Program-made: the position numbers and the translations under genes
Notes under the pieces: model-generated
Database searches by the model: none
What the model was told of the DNA's origin: nothing
Seen by the model: the letters and a program-made list of their open reading frames with translations, nothing else
Origin: Candidatus Rokuibacteriota bacterium
GTDB lineage: Bacteria > JAUVQV01 > DATDCY01
DNA length: 45,667 nucleotides
Direction: 5' to 3'
Assembly (NCBI GenBank): GCA_031406795.1
Contig: JANOHV010000107.1
Coordinates: forward strand, 1-45,667
Shown: positions 11,821 to 24,104 of the stretch, piece by piece
Position numbering within the stretch: position 1 is the stretch's first letter
Layout of the letters: each line of letters begins with the position of its first letter

Positions 11821-12822
11821 CTACTTTACGAGCCTGCCCAGACGGCGGAAGATCGCCTGCTCGGCGTCGGCGCGCTCGAGGATCATGTCGCCGAGCTCGC
11901 GCAGCTTCTCCGGCCCGAGATCGCGCCGCTTGCCCATCCGGGCGGCCGCGATCGAGACGTCGCGCCAGCGGTCGCCGTTCTCCATCATCGCCTTGGCGAC
12001 GTCGGCGACCTCGGGGTTGTCGAGGATCTTCGCGGCCTCCTGCAGGAACGTCGCGTAGAGGTAGCGGAAGCCGCCGCCGCCCGTCCCCCGCTCCTCGAGG
12101 ATCACGGCGATCATCATGACCTCGTGGGAGAGGTGATCGAGGTCCCGCGTGAGCCTCGGCCACTCCCGGACCTTGCGCGCGAAAAAGCGGATGCCGCGCA
12201 CGCCGAAGAACGGAATCGGCAGTTTGACCATGTAGAAGACCGCGTCCTTGATCCCCTGGCGCACGGCCGCCTTCAGGTCGGGCCGCTCGGGGACCGAGGC
12301 CGGCCAGAAGAGCAGCCCCTTCGGCGCGAACTGCCCGCGCGCGAACCGCGCCGTCCGGAAGACCGCTGCGTCGAGGCTCGTCGGCGCCGGGAAATAGGTA
12401 TCGCTGATCAGATAGCGCCCGTCCTTCTTTCCCGTCACGATCACGTAGTGCGCGTTGAAGTGGGCCCGGGTGTATTCGGGCAGGTAGTCCATGTAGAAGT
12501 AATCCACCTGCGCGCCGACGGGAACTCCGCGCTCGAGGAGCGCATCGAGCTCGCGCGTCGCCGCCGCCGGGTCGCGAAAGTTCAGCGTGTTCATCGGCAC
12601 GCCGAGGCGCGCCGGGGATTTCAGCCGGATCCGGCCGGGCTTGTTGCGCAGCGCGATCGTCGGGAAGGGGAGCATCGGGATGCTGAGGTACCCGAAGAAG
12701 AGCGCCCCGCTGACCCCGAAGACCAGCGACTCGGTGACCTCCATGCCGGCGCCTCGCAGCAGCGCGGTCACGGCGCCCGACTCGCAGTGCGCCGCCATCT
12801 TGTGGGTGAACGGCGCGCTCAT
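11821..12822 (-). CDS. BtrH N-terminal domain / DUF4872 protein (papain-like Cys-His-Asp)
   Basis: HCESG, FGVSGALFF, HFNAHY, ISD, EERGTGGGGFR; ATGA overlap with the upstream gene. Confidence 0.85.
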   Translation of the reverse strand: MSAPFTHKMAAHCESGAVTALLRGAGMEVTESLVFGVSGALFFGYLSIPMLPFPTIALRNKPGRIRLKSPARLGVPMNTLNFRDPAAATRELDALLERGVPVGAQVDYFYMDYLPEYTRAHFNAHYVIVTGKKDGRYLISDTYFPAPTSLDAAVFRTARFARGQFAPKGLLFWPASVPERPDLKAAVRQGIKDAVFYMVKLPIPFFGVRGIRFFARKVREWPRLTRDLDHLSHEVMMIAVILEERGTGGGGFRYLYATFLQEAAKILDNPEVADVAKAMMENGDRWRDVSIAAARMGKRRDLGPEKLRELGDMILERADAEQAIFRRLGRLVK

Positions 12823-13316
12823 CGACCCGCCCCCGCGTCGCCCTCTGCCGCAGCCGGGTCGCAGACTCCGACACGGGTCTTCGTCAGTAGCGGGTTCGCC
12901 GTGCGCTCCTGCCGCAACTCGACCCGGCCGTCCTGCGCCGCGATCACCTGGAACAGGTTCGCCACCGGGACGCCGAAGACCTCGGCGTAGCGGGCGGCGA
13001 GGCGCAGCTCGATCTCCCCGAACCCGGCCGGCGTCAGGTGCCGCCGCACGGCGCGACGGCTGACGCCGACGCGAACGGCGAGATCGGCCTCCGCCAGCCC
13101 GAGAGTCTGGAGGTAAAACCAGACCGCGCTGACCTCCCCCGCCTCGAGCTTGCGCAGGCACTCGAGCCGGTAGCGCTCGCGCTTCTCGAAGAAGTCGTCG
13201 ATGAACTCCTGCGCGAGGTAGGAGCCCGTCTGGAGCGGCCCGTAGCTGGCGTCGTCGCGCTCGACGTACAGCACCACCTGGTGCGGGTTCACGGCCTTCA
13301 TGTCCTGTTCTTTCAC
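12819..13316 (-). CDS. Conserved protein with XRE-like HTH (BtrH-associated)
   Basis: LAEADLAVRVGVSRRAVRRHLTPAGF...YAEVFGVPV helix-turn-helix-like segment; coupled to the BtrH-like gene. Confidence 0.7.
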   Translation of the reverse strand: MKEQDMKAVNPHQVVLYVERDDASYGPLQTGSYLAQEFIDDFFEKRERYRLECLRKLEAGEVSAVWFYLQTLGLAEADLAVRVGVSRRAVRRHLTPAGFGEIELRLAARYAEVFGVPVANLFQVIAAQDGRVELRQERTANPLLTKTRVGVCDPAAAEGDAGAGR

Positions 13317-13320
13317 GGCG

Positions 13321-14595
13321 CTACTCCCTTCTGCGGAAGACCAACACGGCGATACCCAGCGTCGCCGCGCCGAACGCGACGAGCTTCGCGAGCTTCGGCA
13401 GCACGCTGGCGAGCGTCCCGCCGCGCAGGAAGAGGTCGACGAAAGCGCTCAGGCCCCACTGCAGCGGCGAGAGCTGCCCGATCTGCTGCATCTTGGCGGG
13501 CATCAGGAAAGAGGGGACCATGATCCCGCCGAGCGCGGCGGCGATCACGACCGCGGTGGCGCAGAAGACGGACGACTGCTCGGTGGTCCGGTTGATCGCC
13601 CCCATCATGATCCCGAACCCGGTGGCGGCGAACGCGGCGGCCAGCGCGGCGGCGGCGATGGCGGCGTACTGGGTCCCCACCTCCAGCGACGCCGTGCCGA
13701 GACGGGGCAGCACCTGCGCGCCGATCACCAGCAGGAAGCTGAACTGGATCAGGCAGACCCCCATGTAGACGATCACCTTCGCGGCGAGGATCGTCACCGG
13801 GGAAACCGGCAGCGTGCGCAGGCGCACCAGCGTCCCGCCGTCGCGCTCGCGGATGATCCCCCCGGAGAGCGGTATCGAGATCATGAACATCGCGAAGAGC
13901 GTCCAGGCCGGAACGTTCTGCTGCACCGAGCTGGGCATCACGTCCGCGCCCCCCTGCCCGGCGAAAAACTCGCGGACCGTGATGTGCTGCTCGGCCTCCC
14001 ACGACGAGCCATCCGCGGGCTTGCCGGTGACGCCGCTCATGAACCCCTGGATCTTGCCCATCATGACCTTGATCTCGACGCCCTGCGAGAGGCGCTCCAG
14101 CGCGGTGATCACGGCCCGGCGAAACGGCGGGCGCACCGCCGGGTCGAAGTAGACGGCGATCTCCCCCGGCGGCTCGGCGGTGGCGACGGCCGGGGCCATC
14201 ATCGCGGGCAACATCCGCGCAAGCAGCCGGTCCGCGCCGGCGGCCACCCGCTCGGCCACGCCGGGGGGCACGACGATCCCCATGGTGTGGGTCCCGGCCT
14301 GCAACTCCTCGCGGATGATCTCCGCGGTCACCGCGCCCCCCCGCAGCTCGCGCACCACCGTGAATGCGCCCGTGCCGTCGAGCCCCTTCGCGACCGCGGC
14401 GCCGAACTCGTCCCCCGCCGTCACGGCGACGAGCACCGTCGTTCTGCCGCCCTGGACGGCCCGCAGCGCGTCCTCCTGCACGAGCGTCGTGATCAGCACC
14501 ATCGCGGTGGGCATCACGAACAGGACCGCGACCCCGCCGCGGTCGCGCAGCAGCAGCAGCAGTTCCTTCCAGACGACGGCCAGCAGTCTTCTCAT
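13321..14595 (-). CDS. ABC-2 type exporter permease
   Basis: WKELLLLLRD, SVQQNVPAW, IIRERDGGTLVRL, multiple TM segments, LGGIMVP. Confidence 0.92.
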   Translation of the reverse strand: MRRLLAVVWKELLLLLRDRGGVAVLFVMPTAMVLITTLVQEDALRAVQGGRTTVLVAVTAGDEFGAAVAKGLDGTGAFTVVRELRGGAVTAEIIREELQAGTHTMGIVVPPGVAERVAAGADRLLARMLPAMMAPAVATAEPPGEIAVYFDPAVRPPFRRAVITALERLSQGVEIKVMMGKIQGFMSGVTGKPADGSSWEAEQHITVREFFAGQGGADVMPSSVQQNVPAWTLFAMFMISIPLSGGIIRERDGGTLVRLRTLPVSPVTILAAKVIVYMGVCLIQFSFLLVIGAQVLPRLGTASLEVGTQYAAIAAAALAAAFAATGFGIMMGAINRTTEQSSVFCATAVVIAAALGGIMVPSFLMPAKMQQIGQLSPLQWGLSAFVDLFLRGGTLASVLPKLAKLVAFGAATLGIAVLVFRRRE

Positions 14596-14596
14596 G

Positions 14597-15346
14597 CTAG
14601 TCCCTCAGGCTCCTTCCGGTCAGCTCCAGGAAGAGCTCCTCCAGGTTGCGGCACCCGGGGCGCTCGGCGACCAGCTGCGCCGGCGGCCCCTGGAGCAGCA
14701 CCTTCCCCGAGTCCATGATGGCGACGCGCGTGCAGAGCTTCTGCGCCTCCTCCATGTAGTGGGTCGCGTAGACCATGGTCTCCCCGGCGCCGCTCAGCGC
14801 CCGCAGGTTCTCGAAGATCAGGCCGCGCGACTGCGGGTCGATCCCGACGGTCGGCTCGTCCAGCACGAGCAGCCGCGGGTGGTGAAGGATCCCCGCGGCG
14901 AGGTTTGCCCGGCGCTTCATGCCGCCCGAGTACTTCGATACCCGGCGGTCGGCGCTCTTCTCGAGGCCGACCACGTTCAGCAGCTCGTCGACCCGGCTCT
15001 TCAGCGCCGCACCGTACAGGCCGTGCATCCGCCCGAAGAATTCCAGGTTCTCCCGCCCGGTCAGCGTCTGATACAGCGCAATGTCCTGCGGGACGAACCC
15101 CAGCAGGTGCTTGATGCGGCCCGGATGACGGATGACATCCTCGCCGAACACCCGGACCTCGCCGCTCGTGGCCTTCAACAGCCCGCAGACGATCGAGAGC
15201 GTCGTCGTCTTGCCCGCCCCGTTCGGCCCGAGCAGCCCGAAGATCTCGCCCTCGCGCACCTCGAGGTCGAGTTCATTCACCGTGGCCTCGTCGTTCCCGT
15301 GGTAGCGCTTCACGAGGCCGCTTACCCGTATCGCCGCCGTCTCCAT
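14597..15346 (-). CDS. ABC exporter ATP-binding protein
   Basis: GPNGAGKTT, YSGGMKRR, LDEPTVGIDPQSR, THYMEEA; start chosen at METAAIR (15361 also possible). Confidence 0.93.
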   Translation of the reverse strand: METAAIRVSGLVKRYHGNDEATVNELDLEVREGEIFGLLGPNGAGKTTTLSIVCGLLKATSGEVRVFGEDVIRHPGRIKHLLGFVPQDIALYQTLTGRENLEFFGRMHGLYGAALKSRVDELLNVVGLEKSADRRVSKYSGGMKRRANLAAGILHHPRLLVLDEPTVGIDPQSRGLIFENLRALSGAGETMVYATHYMEEAQKLCTRVAIMDSGKVLLQGPPAQLVAERPGCRNLEELFLELTGRSLRD

Positions 15347-15472
15347 CCCCTGCCTTTGCATGTTGAGTCGGTCATGGTAACTGCGATCGAGGGTTGCTGC
15401 AATCGGTGGCAAGGCGTTTCTGGCCGACGGGGACACTTGCATGTCGGCCCTTTGGGGCGAATACTGTGGTAA

Positions 15473-17758
<2,286 letters not shown>

Positions 17759-17918
17759 TCGTTCCAGGAGCGGCTTCACGGGCACCTGACCGGGCGGAAA
17801 AAACAGGAAGCGAGCCGGCCTCGTGACGGAAATGCCGTCTGCGAGGCCGGCTGCCGGAAGGCTTCCGCCCCTGCCCTGCCGCGGACCGCGAGGCCCGGGC
17901 CATTGCCGGGGTGCCCGC

Positions 17919-18356
17919 TCAGGCGTACGGATACATGCCGCGCTTGACCTGGTCGAGGGCGCGCAGCAGGCCGGCGTGCTTCTTCTCGTCCTGGAGCAGG
18001 AAATCCAGCAGATACTCCTCAACGAGCATCTTGTGGCCGCGCAGGCTGGCCGCCGAGTCGTTCACCGCCTCGACCATCTGGTTCTCCAGCAGCAGGTGGT
18101 GCTCGAGAAGCGATGAAATCTCGCCCATGTCATCGGGGCTCAGCGTCACCGGCTTGGTCTCGACGGCATCGATGATGAACTGCTGGATGCGGTCGTGAAG
18201 CTCGGAATCGCGACGGATGATCTCCATGACCAGACGCAGTAACGGATGGTTCGTCTTCGCGAGCACGGCGGTCATCGACGCCACCGACTCGCGCTCCACC
18301 CCCTGCCAGAACTGCATGCGCTTCGCCAGGTCCTCCCGAATCTGCTTCGTCGTCAT
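17919..18356 (-). CDS. Ferritin-like four-helix-bundle protein
   Basis: Helical; repeated acidic/His motifs (RDSELHDRI, QDEKKH); GGAGG RBS before MTTKQ. Confidence 0.65.
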   Translation of the reverse strand: MTTKQIREDLAKRMQFWQGVERESVASMTAVLAKTNHPLLRLVMEIIRRDSELHDRIQQFIIDAVETKPVTLSPDDMGEISSLLEHHLLLENQMVEAVNDSAASLRGHKMLVEEYLLDFLLQDEKKHAGLLRALDQVKRGMYPYA

Positions 18357-18562
18357 CGGTCCCCCTCCCGCCTTGTCCGCCAACTGCAGTGCCCGCGCCG
18401 CGACTTCCTGTGCATACCTGAACCGGTAGGCCCCGAAAATATCCCGCCTGAGTCCGGCCCGCAATGGTGGAATCTGCCTATCTCCGGCTCACCCGGCCCG
18501 CGTCGATGCCAGGCGGTACCGATCGAAAACGATGTAAGCGTTCAATGAAGTGCGGTAACTTC

Positions 18563-18644
18563 TCCCGTTCGTGGTGAGCCTGTCGAACCACGAACGGGAA
18601 AGAGTCTTCATACAAGCGCCCTTCGACGGGCTCAGGGCGAACGG
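18563..18644. repeat. Pair of palindromic REP-like repeats (TTCGAC/GTCGAA type)
   Basis: TCCCGTTCGTGGTGAGCCTGTCGAACCACGAACGGGA and the inverted relative GCCCTTCGACGGGCTCAGGGCGAACGG. Confidence 0.7.
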
Positions 18645-18796
18645 TACTGATCGGGCCACCGTTCACTGAAGGGTTACGAGAACGATTCACTTTGTTCTTG
18701 CAGGCGTTCGTGCGAAGAGTATATTCGAGACGGCTCGCGCGCCGGTTCCGTTCTGGAGGCGGCGCCTCACGTCCAACGCAGTCGGGAGGGTGCGAC

Positions 18797-19186
18797 ATGA
18801 AGAAGATCGTACTGTTTCTGCTCGCAGTCATCATGGTCGCCGGCGGGGCGGGCTGCAGCGGGGACGACTTCTCCCCCACCACCAGCAACATGGCTGGCAT
18901 CTACAACTTCACGAAGATCACGGTCACGGACGGCGGGGTCACGGGAACCATCATTGCTCCGGACGTCTCGGGCACGATCATCTTGACGAGCATTGGAACC
19001 TACACCGTCGATATCAGAATCGGAGGGGACAGAACCGCGGGCTCGGGAACCTACGCAATCTCCGGCGACACCATCATCATCGATAACGGCGATGGGATCG
19101 GGCCCATCACGGATGATGGCCGGAAATTTTCCTTCACCACGGTCGAGGGCGGCACGACAGGTGTATTCGAGTTCACTCGATCCTGA
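18797..19186 (+). CDS. Lipoprotein, lipocalin-like beta-barrel
   Basis: MKKIVLFLLAVIMVAGGAGC lipobox; beta-strand-rich with GIYNF and GSGTYAI; GGAGG RBS. Confidence 0.75.
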   Translation: MKKIVLFLLAVIMVAGGAGCSGDDFSPTTSNMAGIYNFTKITVTDGGVTGTIIAPDVSGTIILTSIGTYTVDIRIGGDRTAGSGTYAISGDTIIIDNGDGIGPITDDGRKFSFTTVEGGTTGVFEFTRS

Positions 19187-19304
19187 CCGGGGTTCTCCCT
19201 CACGACTTTCGAGCAGGACACCGGGAAGCATCCCCGGCCGGTTCGCTCCTGTTGAATGACCCGGCGCGTTGCTGAGCGCGCGTCACAACCAAAGGAGGCT
19301 GCAC

Positions 19305-19664
19305 ATGCGTTACGTCGATGGCTTTGTCCTGGCGATCCCGAAGAAGAACCTCCCGGCCTACCTGCGCATGGCGCGGAAAGCCGGCAGGATCTGGCGTGAC
19401 CATGGCGCCCTCGAGTACCGCGAGGCCGTCGGCGACGACCTCAAGGTGAAGATGGGGCTCCCCTTTCCCCAGCTGGTCGGGCTGCAGCGAGGCGAGACCG
19501 TGGTGTTCTCGTGGATCGTGTTCAAGACCCGGGCGCATCGCGACCGCGTCAACGCCAAGGTGATGAGGGACCCGCGAATGGCGAGCATGATGGATCCGAA
19601 GTCCATGCCCTTCGACATCAAGCGCACGACGTACGGCGGGTTCAAGGTGCTGGTCGACGCCTGA
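19305..19664 (+). CDS. DUF1428 (YbaA-like) protein
   Basis: MRYVDGFV...HGALEYREAVGDD...ETVVFSWI...MPFD...YGGF; AAAGGAGG RBS. Confidence 0.9.
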   Translation: MRYVDGFVLAIPKKNLPAYLRMARKAGRIWRDHGALEYREAVGDDLKVKMGLPFPQLVGLQRGETVVFSWIVFKTRAHRDRVNAKVMRDPRMASMMDPKSMPFDIKRTTYGGFKVLVDA

Positions 19665-19814
19665 GACCGGGCGCCGCAGACGGAGCATGAAGCCTGCAGT
19701 TCTCGCCAACTCCGCCGTTTGCGTTATATCTGCGATTCGTGCACCCTACGCGCAGCCTTCAACCATGATCCTCCGCACGATCGGCAAACGACAGACAACC
19801 AAGAGGTGGCGAGC

Positions 19815-20252
19815 ATGAACAGAAACATTGTGGCTATCGTGGCGGTCGCGGGCATCGTCGTCGCCTGCGCCCCGGTTTCGAAGACGCCTGCAAACCCGGC
19901 CCCGTCAAGTTCCCCGCAGGGAGCCGCAACGTCATTTGCCGGGATCGGTAAAGCGGACCAGACCGTTGCCGAAATCTATGCGGGCAAGGATCGTCTCGCG
20001 GAAACCGTGGTCAAGGTGCGGGGCAAAGTCGTCAAGTACAACTCCCAGATCATGGGCAAGAACTGGGTCCACATCCAGGACGGTACCGGCGCGAGCGGCA
20101 CCAACGATCTGCTGGCCACGACCGCGGATACCGCGAAGACCGGCGACATCGTCGTCGTCTCGGGCAGGATCTCGCTGGACAAGGATTTCGGCAGCGGCTA
20201 CCGCTACGAGCTGATCATCGAGGACGCGAAACTCGTCGTCGAGCCGCAATAG
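19815..20252 (+). CDS. Lipoprotein with OB-fold domain
   Basis: Lipobox VVAC; VRGKVVKYNSQIMGKNWVHIQDGTG, DKDFGSGYRY. Confidence 0.75.
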   Translation: MNRNIVAIVAVAGIVVACAPVSKTPANPAPSSSPQGAATSFAGIGKADQTVAEIYAGKDRLAETVVKVRGKVVKYNSQIMGKNWVHIQDGTGASGTNDLLATTADTAKTGDIVVVSGRISLDKDFGSGYRYELIIEDAKLVVEPQ

Positions 20253-20256
20253 CGGC

Positions 20257-20281
20257 GGCCGGGCCTTTTTCGGCGCCCGGC
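20257..20281. terminator. Possible hairpin terminator between convergent genes
   Basis: GCCGGGC...GCCCGGC inverted repeat between the stops at 20252 and 20281; the T-run lies inside the loop, which is atypical. Confidence 0.3.
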
Positions 20282-21621
20282 TAGATCGTCTCCGTGCCCA
20301 GGCGGATCGGCCAGAGGGCGCCGACCTGCTCGTAGAACCGCTCGAGGGGCAGCTTCGTCTTCAGCACGCAGTTGAAGAAGTTGTATTTCGCCAGATCGCG
20401 ATCGACGATCTCCGCGGCGACCTCCCGGTGAAACGCGGTCCCCGGCATCGGCGTGAGGATGGTGTAGCCGGCGAAGGCGACGGTGTGCTGGGCGGCGTAT
20501 TCGGCCAGGTCGGCGAACTGCTCCTCGCCGTAGTCCGGCCGGACGATGTAGTTGCCGCGAAGCATGACCCCGTTGTCGTGGAAGACCTTGATCGCCTCGC
20601 CGATGAGATCGGCCTTCAGGTTCTTGCCGTACCGCCGCAACTCTTCGCGATCCGGCGACTCGAAGCCGGTGATCACCACCCGCAGCCCGCCCTTCGCCAG
20701 CAGCGCGATGAGGTCCGGGTTGTTGGCCGCGGTGTCGGCTCGGATATCCATCACGAAGGTCTTGCTGATCCCCTCGGCGGCGATGCGCTCGAAGAGGCGG
20801 CGCGCGAAGCCGAGGTCGACGAGCGTATTGGCGTCGGCGAAGCGCACGACCTCGTACTCCTCGAGCGTCTTGAGCTCCGCGATCACGCTCTCCACCTCCC
20901 GCTGGTGGTACGCGCCACCGTACTGCGGCCAGATGGAGCAGAAGGAGCACCGATAGGGGCAGCCGAGCGACGTGAAGACATAGGTGGAGGGCCCGCTCGC
21001 GCGGCCGACGACGTAGGTCGAGAGCCAGGGCTTCAACAGCGAGCGGTCGGGTGCGATGAAATCGCTCCCGGCCGAGTCGCAGGCCGGCGCGGCACCAGTC
21101 GGCCGCAACCCACCCGCCGCGCGCAGCAGCAGGCCGCCGATCCCCTTCAGGGGCCGGCCCGCCTCCAGCGCGTCGGCGAGCTCGCGAAAGACGTGCGCTC
21201 CCGGGCCGGGGATGACGACGTCCACGGCGGGGTCGTCGAAATCCCCGGGGCACAGCGTGCAGTGCAGGCCGCCCGCGACCGTGACGATTTCCGGATCGAA
21301 GGCCTTGACTGCCCGCAGGATCGCCAGGCCGGCCGGGTGCTCGGACGCGATGAAGGTCAGGCCCACCAGCGCGGGGCGCTCCCGCTCGAGCCAGACGCGG
21401 ATCAATTCCGCGGGCGGAGCGGCCGCGGGGTCCAGGTCGTAAACCCCCTTCATCTCGCAGAGGGCGACCTCGTGGCGGCCGCGCACCGCGGCGACGAGGG
21501 TCAGCAGCCCGAGCGGCGGCCCGATGAGCCGGCGGTGAATGAAGCGCTTCGCGTGCTCCGGCGCGTGGTCGAAGATGGCGTTGTGGGGCGAACGCGGCGG
21601 GTTGACGAGCAGGATCTTCAC
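20281..21621 (-). CDS. B12-binding domain radical SAM protein
   Basis: LLVNPP, PPLGLLTL, VAGGLHCT cobalamin domain; TSLGCPYRCSFC; ILTPMPGT. Confidence 0.92.
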   Translation of the reverse strand: MKILLVNPPRSPHNAIFDHAPEHAKRFIHRRLIGPPLGLLTLVAAVRGRHEVALCEMKGVYDLDPAAAPPAELIRVWLERERPALVGLTFIASEHPAGLAILRAVKAFDPEIVTVAGGLHCTLCPGDFDDPAVDVVIPGPGAHVFRELADALEAGRPLKGIGGLLLRAAGGLRPTGAAPACDSAGSDFIAPDRSLLKPWLSTYVVGRASGPSTYVFTSLGCPYRCSFCSIWPQYGGAYHQREVESVIAELKTLEEYEVVRFADANTLVDLGFARRLFERIAAEGISKTFVMDIRADTAANNPDLIALLAKGGLRVVITGFESPDREELRRYGKNLKADLIGEAIKVFHDNGVMLRGNYIVRPDYGEEQFADLAEYAAQHTVAFAGYTILTPMPGTAFHREVAAEIVDRDLAKYNFFNCVLKTKLPLERFYEQVGALWPIRLGTETI

Positions 21622-22283
21622 GCCGCGACCCGCTCGACGAGCCGCCGCGCGGCATCAAGCAGCTCGCGGCGGCCGACGACCGCATCCACGAGCCCGATCT
21701 CGAGCGCCTCCGCGGCGTCCACGAGGCGCCCCGAGAGCAGCAGTTCGACCGCGCGTCCCCGGCCCGCGAGCAGCGGCAGGCGCACCGTGCCGCCGCAGCC
21801 GGGCATCAGGTCGAAGGTGGTCTCCGGCAGCGCGAACACGGCGTTCGCGGCGGCGACTCGCCACCGGCAGGCCAGCGCGAGCTCGAGACCGCTGCCGAGG
21901 CAGCAGCCGCCGACGGCCGCCACGGTGGGGTACGGCAGCTCGGCCAGGGCCTGAAAACATCTCGTCGCGGCCAGAAGCGCCTGCCCGTCGAGGACCGGCT
22001 GCGCATCGACGAGCCCCGCCTTCAGCGCGCCGACGTCGGCCCCGGAGGAGAAGTGGCGGCCCGCGCCGTGGACCACGAGCCCGCGCGCCGGAAGATCTTT
22101 GAGCGTCCCGACCAGCGCGTCGAGGCGGCCGAAGAAGTCCCGGCCCATCTCGTTGCGCGGCGGCGCGTCGAGTACGAGGCGGGCGATCCCCCCGTCCGGC
22201 TCGACGACGAGTCGCAGCTCCCCCTCGCCCGAATGGGGCGCGACCCCGGGAAAGGCCGGCGACGGGCGGCCCTCACTCCCCAC
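21618..22283 (-). CDS. Enoyl-CoA hydratase/isomerase family protein (short)
   Basis: FSSGADV, CLGSGLELALACRWR, FALPE..LMPGCGGTVRL. Confidence 0.85.
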   Translation of the reverse strand: MGSEGRPSPAFPGVAPHSGEGELRLVVEPDGGIARLVLDAPPRNEMGRDFFGRLDALVGTLKDLPARGLVVHGAGRHFSSGADVGALKAGLVDAQPVLDGQALLAATRCFQALAELPYPTVAAVGGCCLGSGLELALACRWRVAAANAVFALPETTFDLMPGCGGTVRLPLLAGRGRAVELLLSGRLVDAAEALEIGLVDAVVGRRELLDAARRLVERVAA

Positions 22284-22986
22284 GTGCCACCTTCATGAAC
22301 AGTTCCGTCTCGCGCCGCAACGCCTCCGCGAGCGGCAGCCGCCGGGCGTTGTTGAGGGATTCCATGACGGCGCGGACTTGCAGCAGGGTGCGTTTGCCCA
22401 CCAGCTCGCGGAGGTACTCCCGGGCGTTTTGCTCCAGCGCGGCCGCGGGACAGACGCGATCCACGATGCCCAGACCGTGGGCCTCCGCCGCGCCGATCAT
22501 GCGGCCGGAAAGCAGCAGGTCGACGGCGGCCCGCCGTGTGGCGACACCGTCGAGGAAGAGCGGCCCGCCGAAGCCGGGGATCAGTCCCAGCTCGACCTCG
22601 GGGAAGCCGAAGAGGCTGCTGGAGGCGGCGAAGCGGAAGTGACAGCACAGCGCGATCTCGAGACCGGCGCCGAGGCAGCCGCCACGGACCAGAGCGAGCA
22701 CGGGGATCGGCGCTTCGGCGATCAGGGCGAGCAACTCCTTCCCGCGGTCCAACTCCTGCTGGAAAGCCGGGGTCCGCAGCTGGGCCCGCAGCCGCTCCGG
22801 GTCGGCCCCGTGCGAGAAGTGCCGCCCGTCGCCCTGGAGAATCAGCGCCTTCTGCCCCGGGTGGTTCAGCACCTTCTCCAGCTGCGCCCGCTCGGCGAAT
22901 CGCGGCTCCTCGAGGGTATTGCGCGGCGGGTTCGACAGCACCAGCGTCCCGATGTCATCCGCGCCCGGGGTGAAAACGACCTTCAT
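22273..22986 (-). CDS. Enoyl-CoA hydratase/isomerase family protein
   Basis: FSHGAD, CLGAGLEIALCCHFR, FGFPEVELGLIPGFGG; ATGA overlap at the start. Confidence 0.88.
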   Translation of the reverse strand: MKVVFTPGADDIGTLVLSNPPRNTLEEPRFAERAQLEKVLNHPGQKALILQGDGRHFSHGADPERLRAQLRTPAFQQELDRGKELLALIAEAPIPVLALVRGGCLGAGLEIALCCHFRFAASSSLFGFPEVELGLIPGFGGPLFLDGVATRRAAVDLLLSGRMIGAAEAHGLGIVDRVCPAAALEQNAREYLRELVGKRTLLQVRAVMESLNNARRLPLAEALRRETELFMKVARGE

Positions 22987-24104
22987 GGCGCCACCGTCCT
23001 CGATCGCGTCCCCGGCTCGAAGTACGAACGGCCGCTCGCGCGGCAGAGGCGGGCCAGCTGACCGATCCCGCCGGTTTCCCGGAGGCGGCGGCGCTCCTCG
23101 TCGGCCGGGACCGCGGTCGCGAAGAGCGACGAGAAGGCCAGATCGAGGCTGTCGGCGGCGATGTCGCCGGATTCGATCGCCCGAAAGCAGGTGTGGGCGG
23201 CGAGCGCGCGGAAATCGGCGGCCAGGGCTTCGGCGTCCTCGCGCGTACGATCGCCGGCCGCCCACGGGAGCGGCGCGCCGCAGAGAAAACCGTCGCGGTT
23301 CTTCCGGCCGCGCTTGCCGGCCGCGACCAGCTCCTGGAGTGTTTCGTCCAGTTCGGCGTAATTCCGGCCCTCGTCGGGCGAGAGCCGGCGGCGGTAGTTC
23401 GCGACGGCGGCCGCGATCACCTCCAACCCCACGGCGTCCATCAGGGCGAGCTGCCCGAACGGCACGAGCGGCGTGATCGAAGCGCGGTCGACGATCGCCG
23501 GCGCCCAGCCGGCGCGCAGCGCGCGCACCGCCTCGGCCTGGAGCGGCAGCAGCAGCCGGTTGACGGCGAAAGCGTTCGAGGGACTCTGGAGGATCGCGTG
23601 CAACCCGGCGCCCCGGAGCAGTTCCAGCAGCGCCCCCGCGTCGCGGTCGTCGGCCGCGGGAGGGATGACCGCCTCGACGAGCCGGGTCATCTCCAGCGGG
23701 AAGAAGCAGTGCGCGCCGAGACAACGCGGGTGGATCTCCCCCGGCAGAATCGACGAGGAGACCGAGGCGAGCGGCGCCTGTGCCGCGAGCAGCGGCGCAA
23801 CGCGGCGAAAGACCTCCCGCTTCAGGGCGACGTCCTCGCCGACCGCCTCGAGGAAGAGATCCGCGGCGGGCATCCCGACCGCGCCCGCTTCGTCGAAGAG
23901 CAGTACCCGCGCCGCGTCCGCGCCGTCGCCGCCCGGATCGGCTCCCTCCAGGCGCCGCTGCTCGCGCGCGATGCGCCGGGCGAACTCGTCGCGGCGGCCC
24001 GGGTCGGCGCAGAGCCAGGTCACCCGCCAGCCGCGCCGCAGAAAGTACTGGCCGCAGTCCAGGCCCATCTTGCCGGTGCCGGCGAGCAGCAGGTGCCGCT
24101 TCAA
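22983..24104 (-). CDS. 3-hydroxyacyl-CoA dehydrogenase family protein
   Basis: GTGKMG Rossmann motif, LEAVGEDVALKREVF, AHCFFP, LMDAVGLE, GRKNRDGF; TTG start overlapping the FabD stop. Confidence 0.85.
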   Translation of the reverse strand: MKRHLLLAGTGKMGLDCGQYFLRRGWRVTWLCADPGRRDEFARRIAREQRRLEGADPGGDGADAARVLLFDEAGAVGMPAADLFLEAVGEDVALKREVFRRVAPLLAAQAPLASVSSSILPGEIHPRCLGAHCFFPLEMTRLVEAVIPPAADDRDAGALLELLRGAGLHAILQSPSNAFAVNRLLLPLQAEAVRALRAGWAPAIVDRASITPLVPFGQLALMDAVGLEVIAAAVANYRRRLSPDEGRNYAELDETLQELVAAGKRGRKNRDGFLCGAPLPWAAGDRTREDAEALAADFRALAAHTCFRAIESGDIAADSLDLAFSSLFATAVPADEERRRLRETGGIGQLARLCRASGRSYFEPGTRSRTVAP

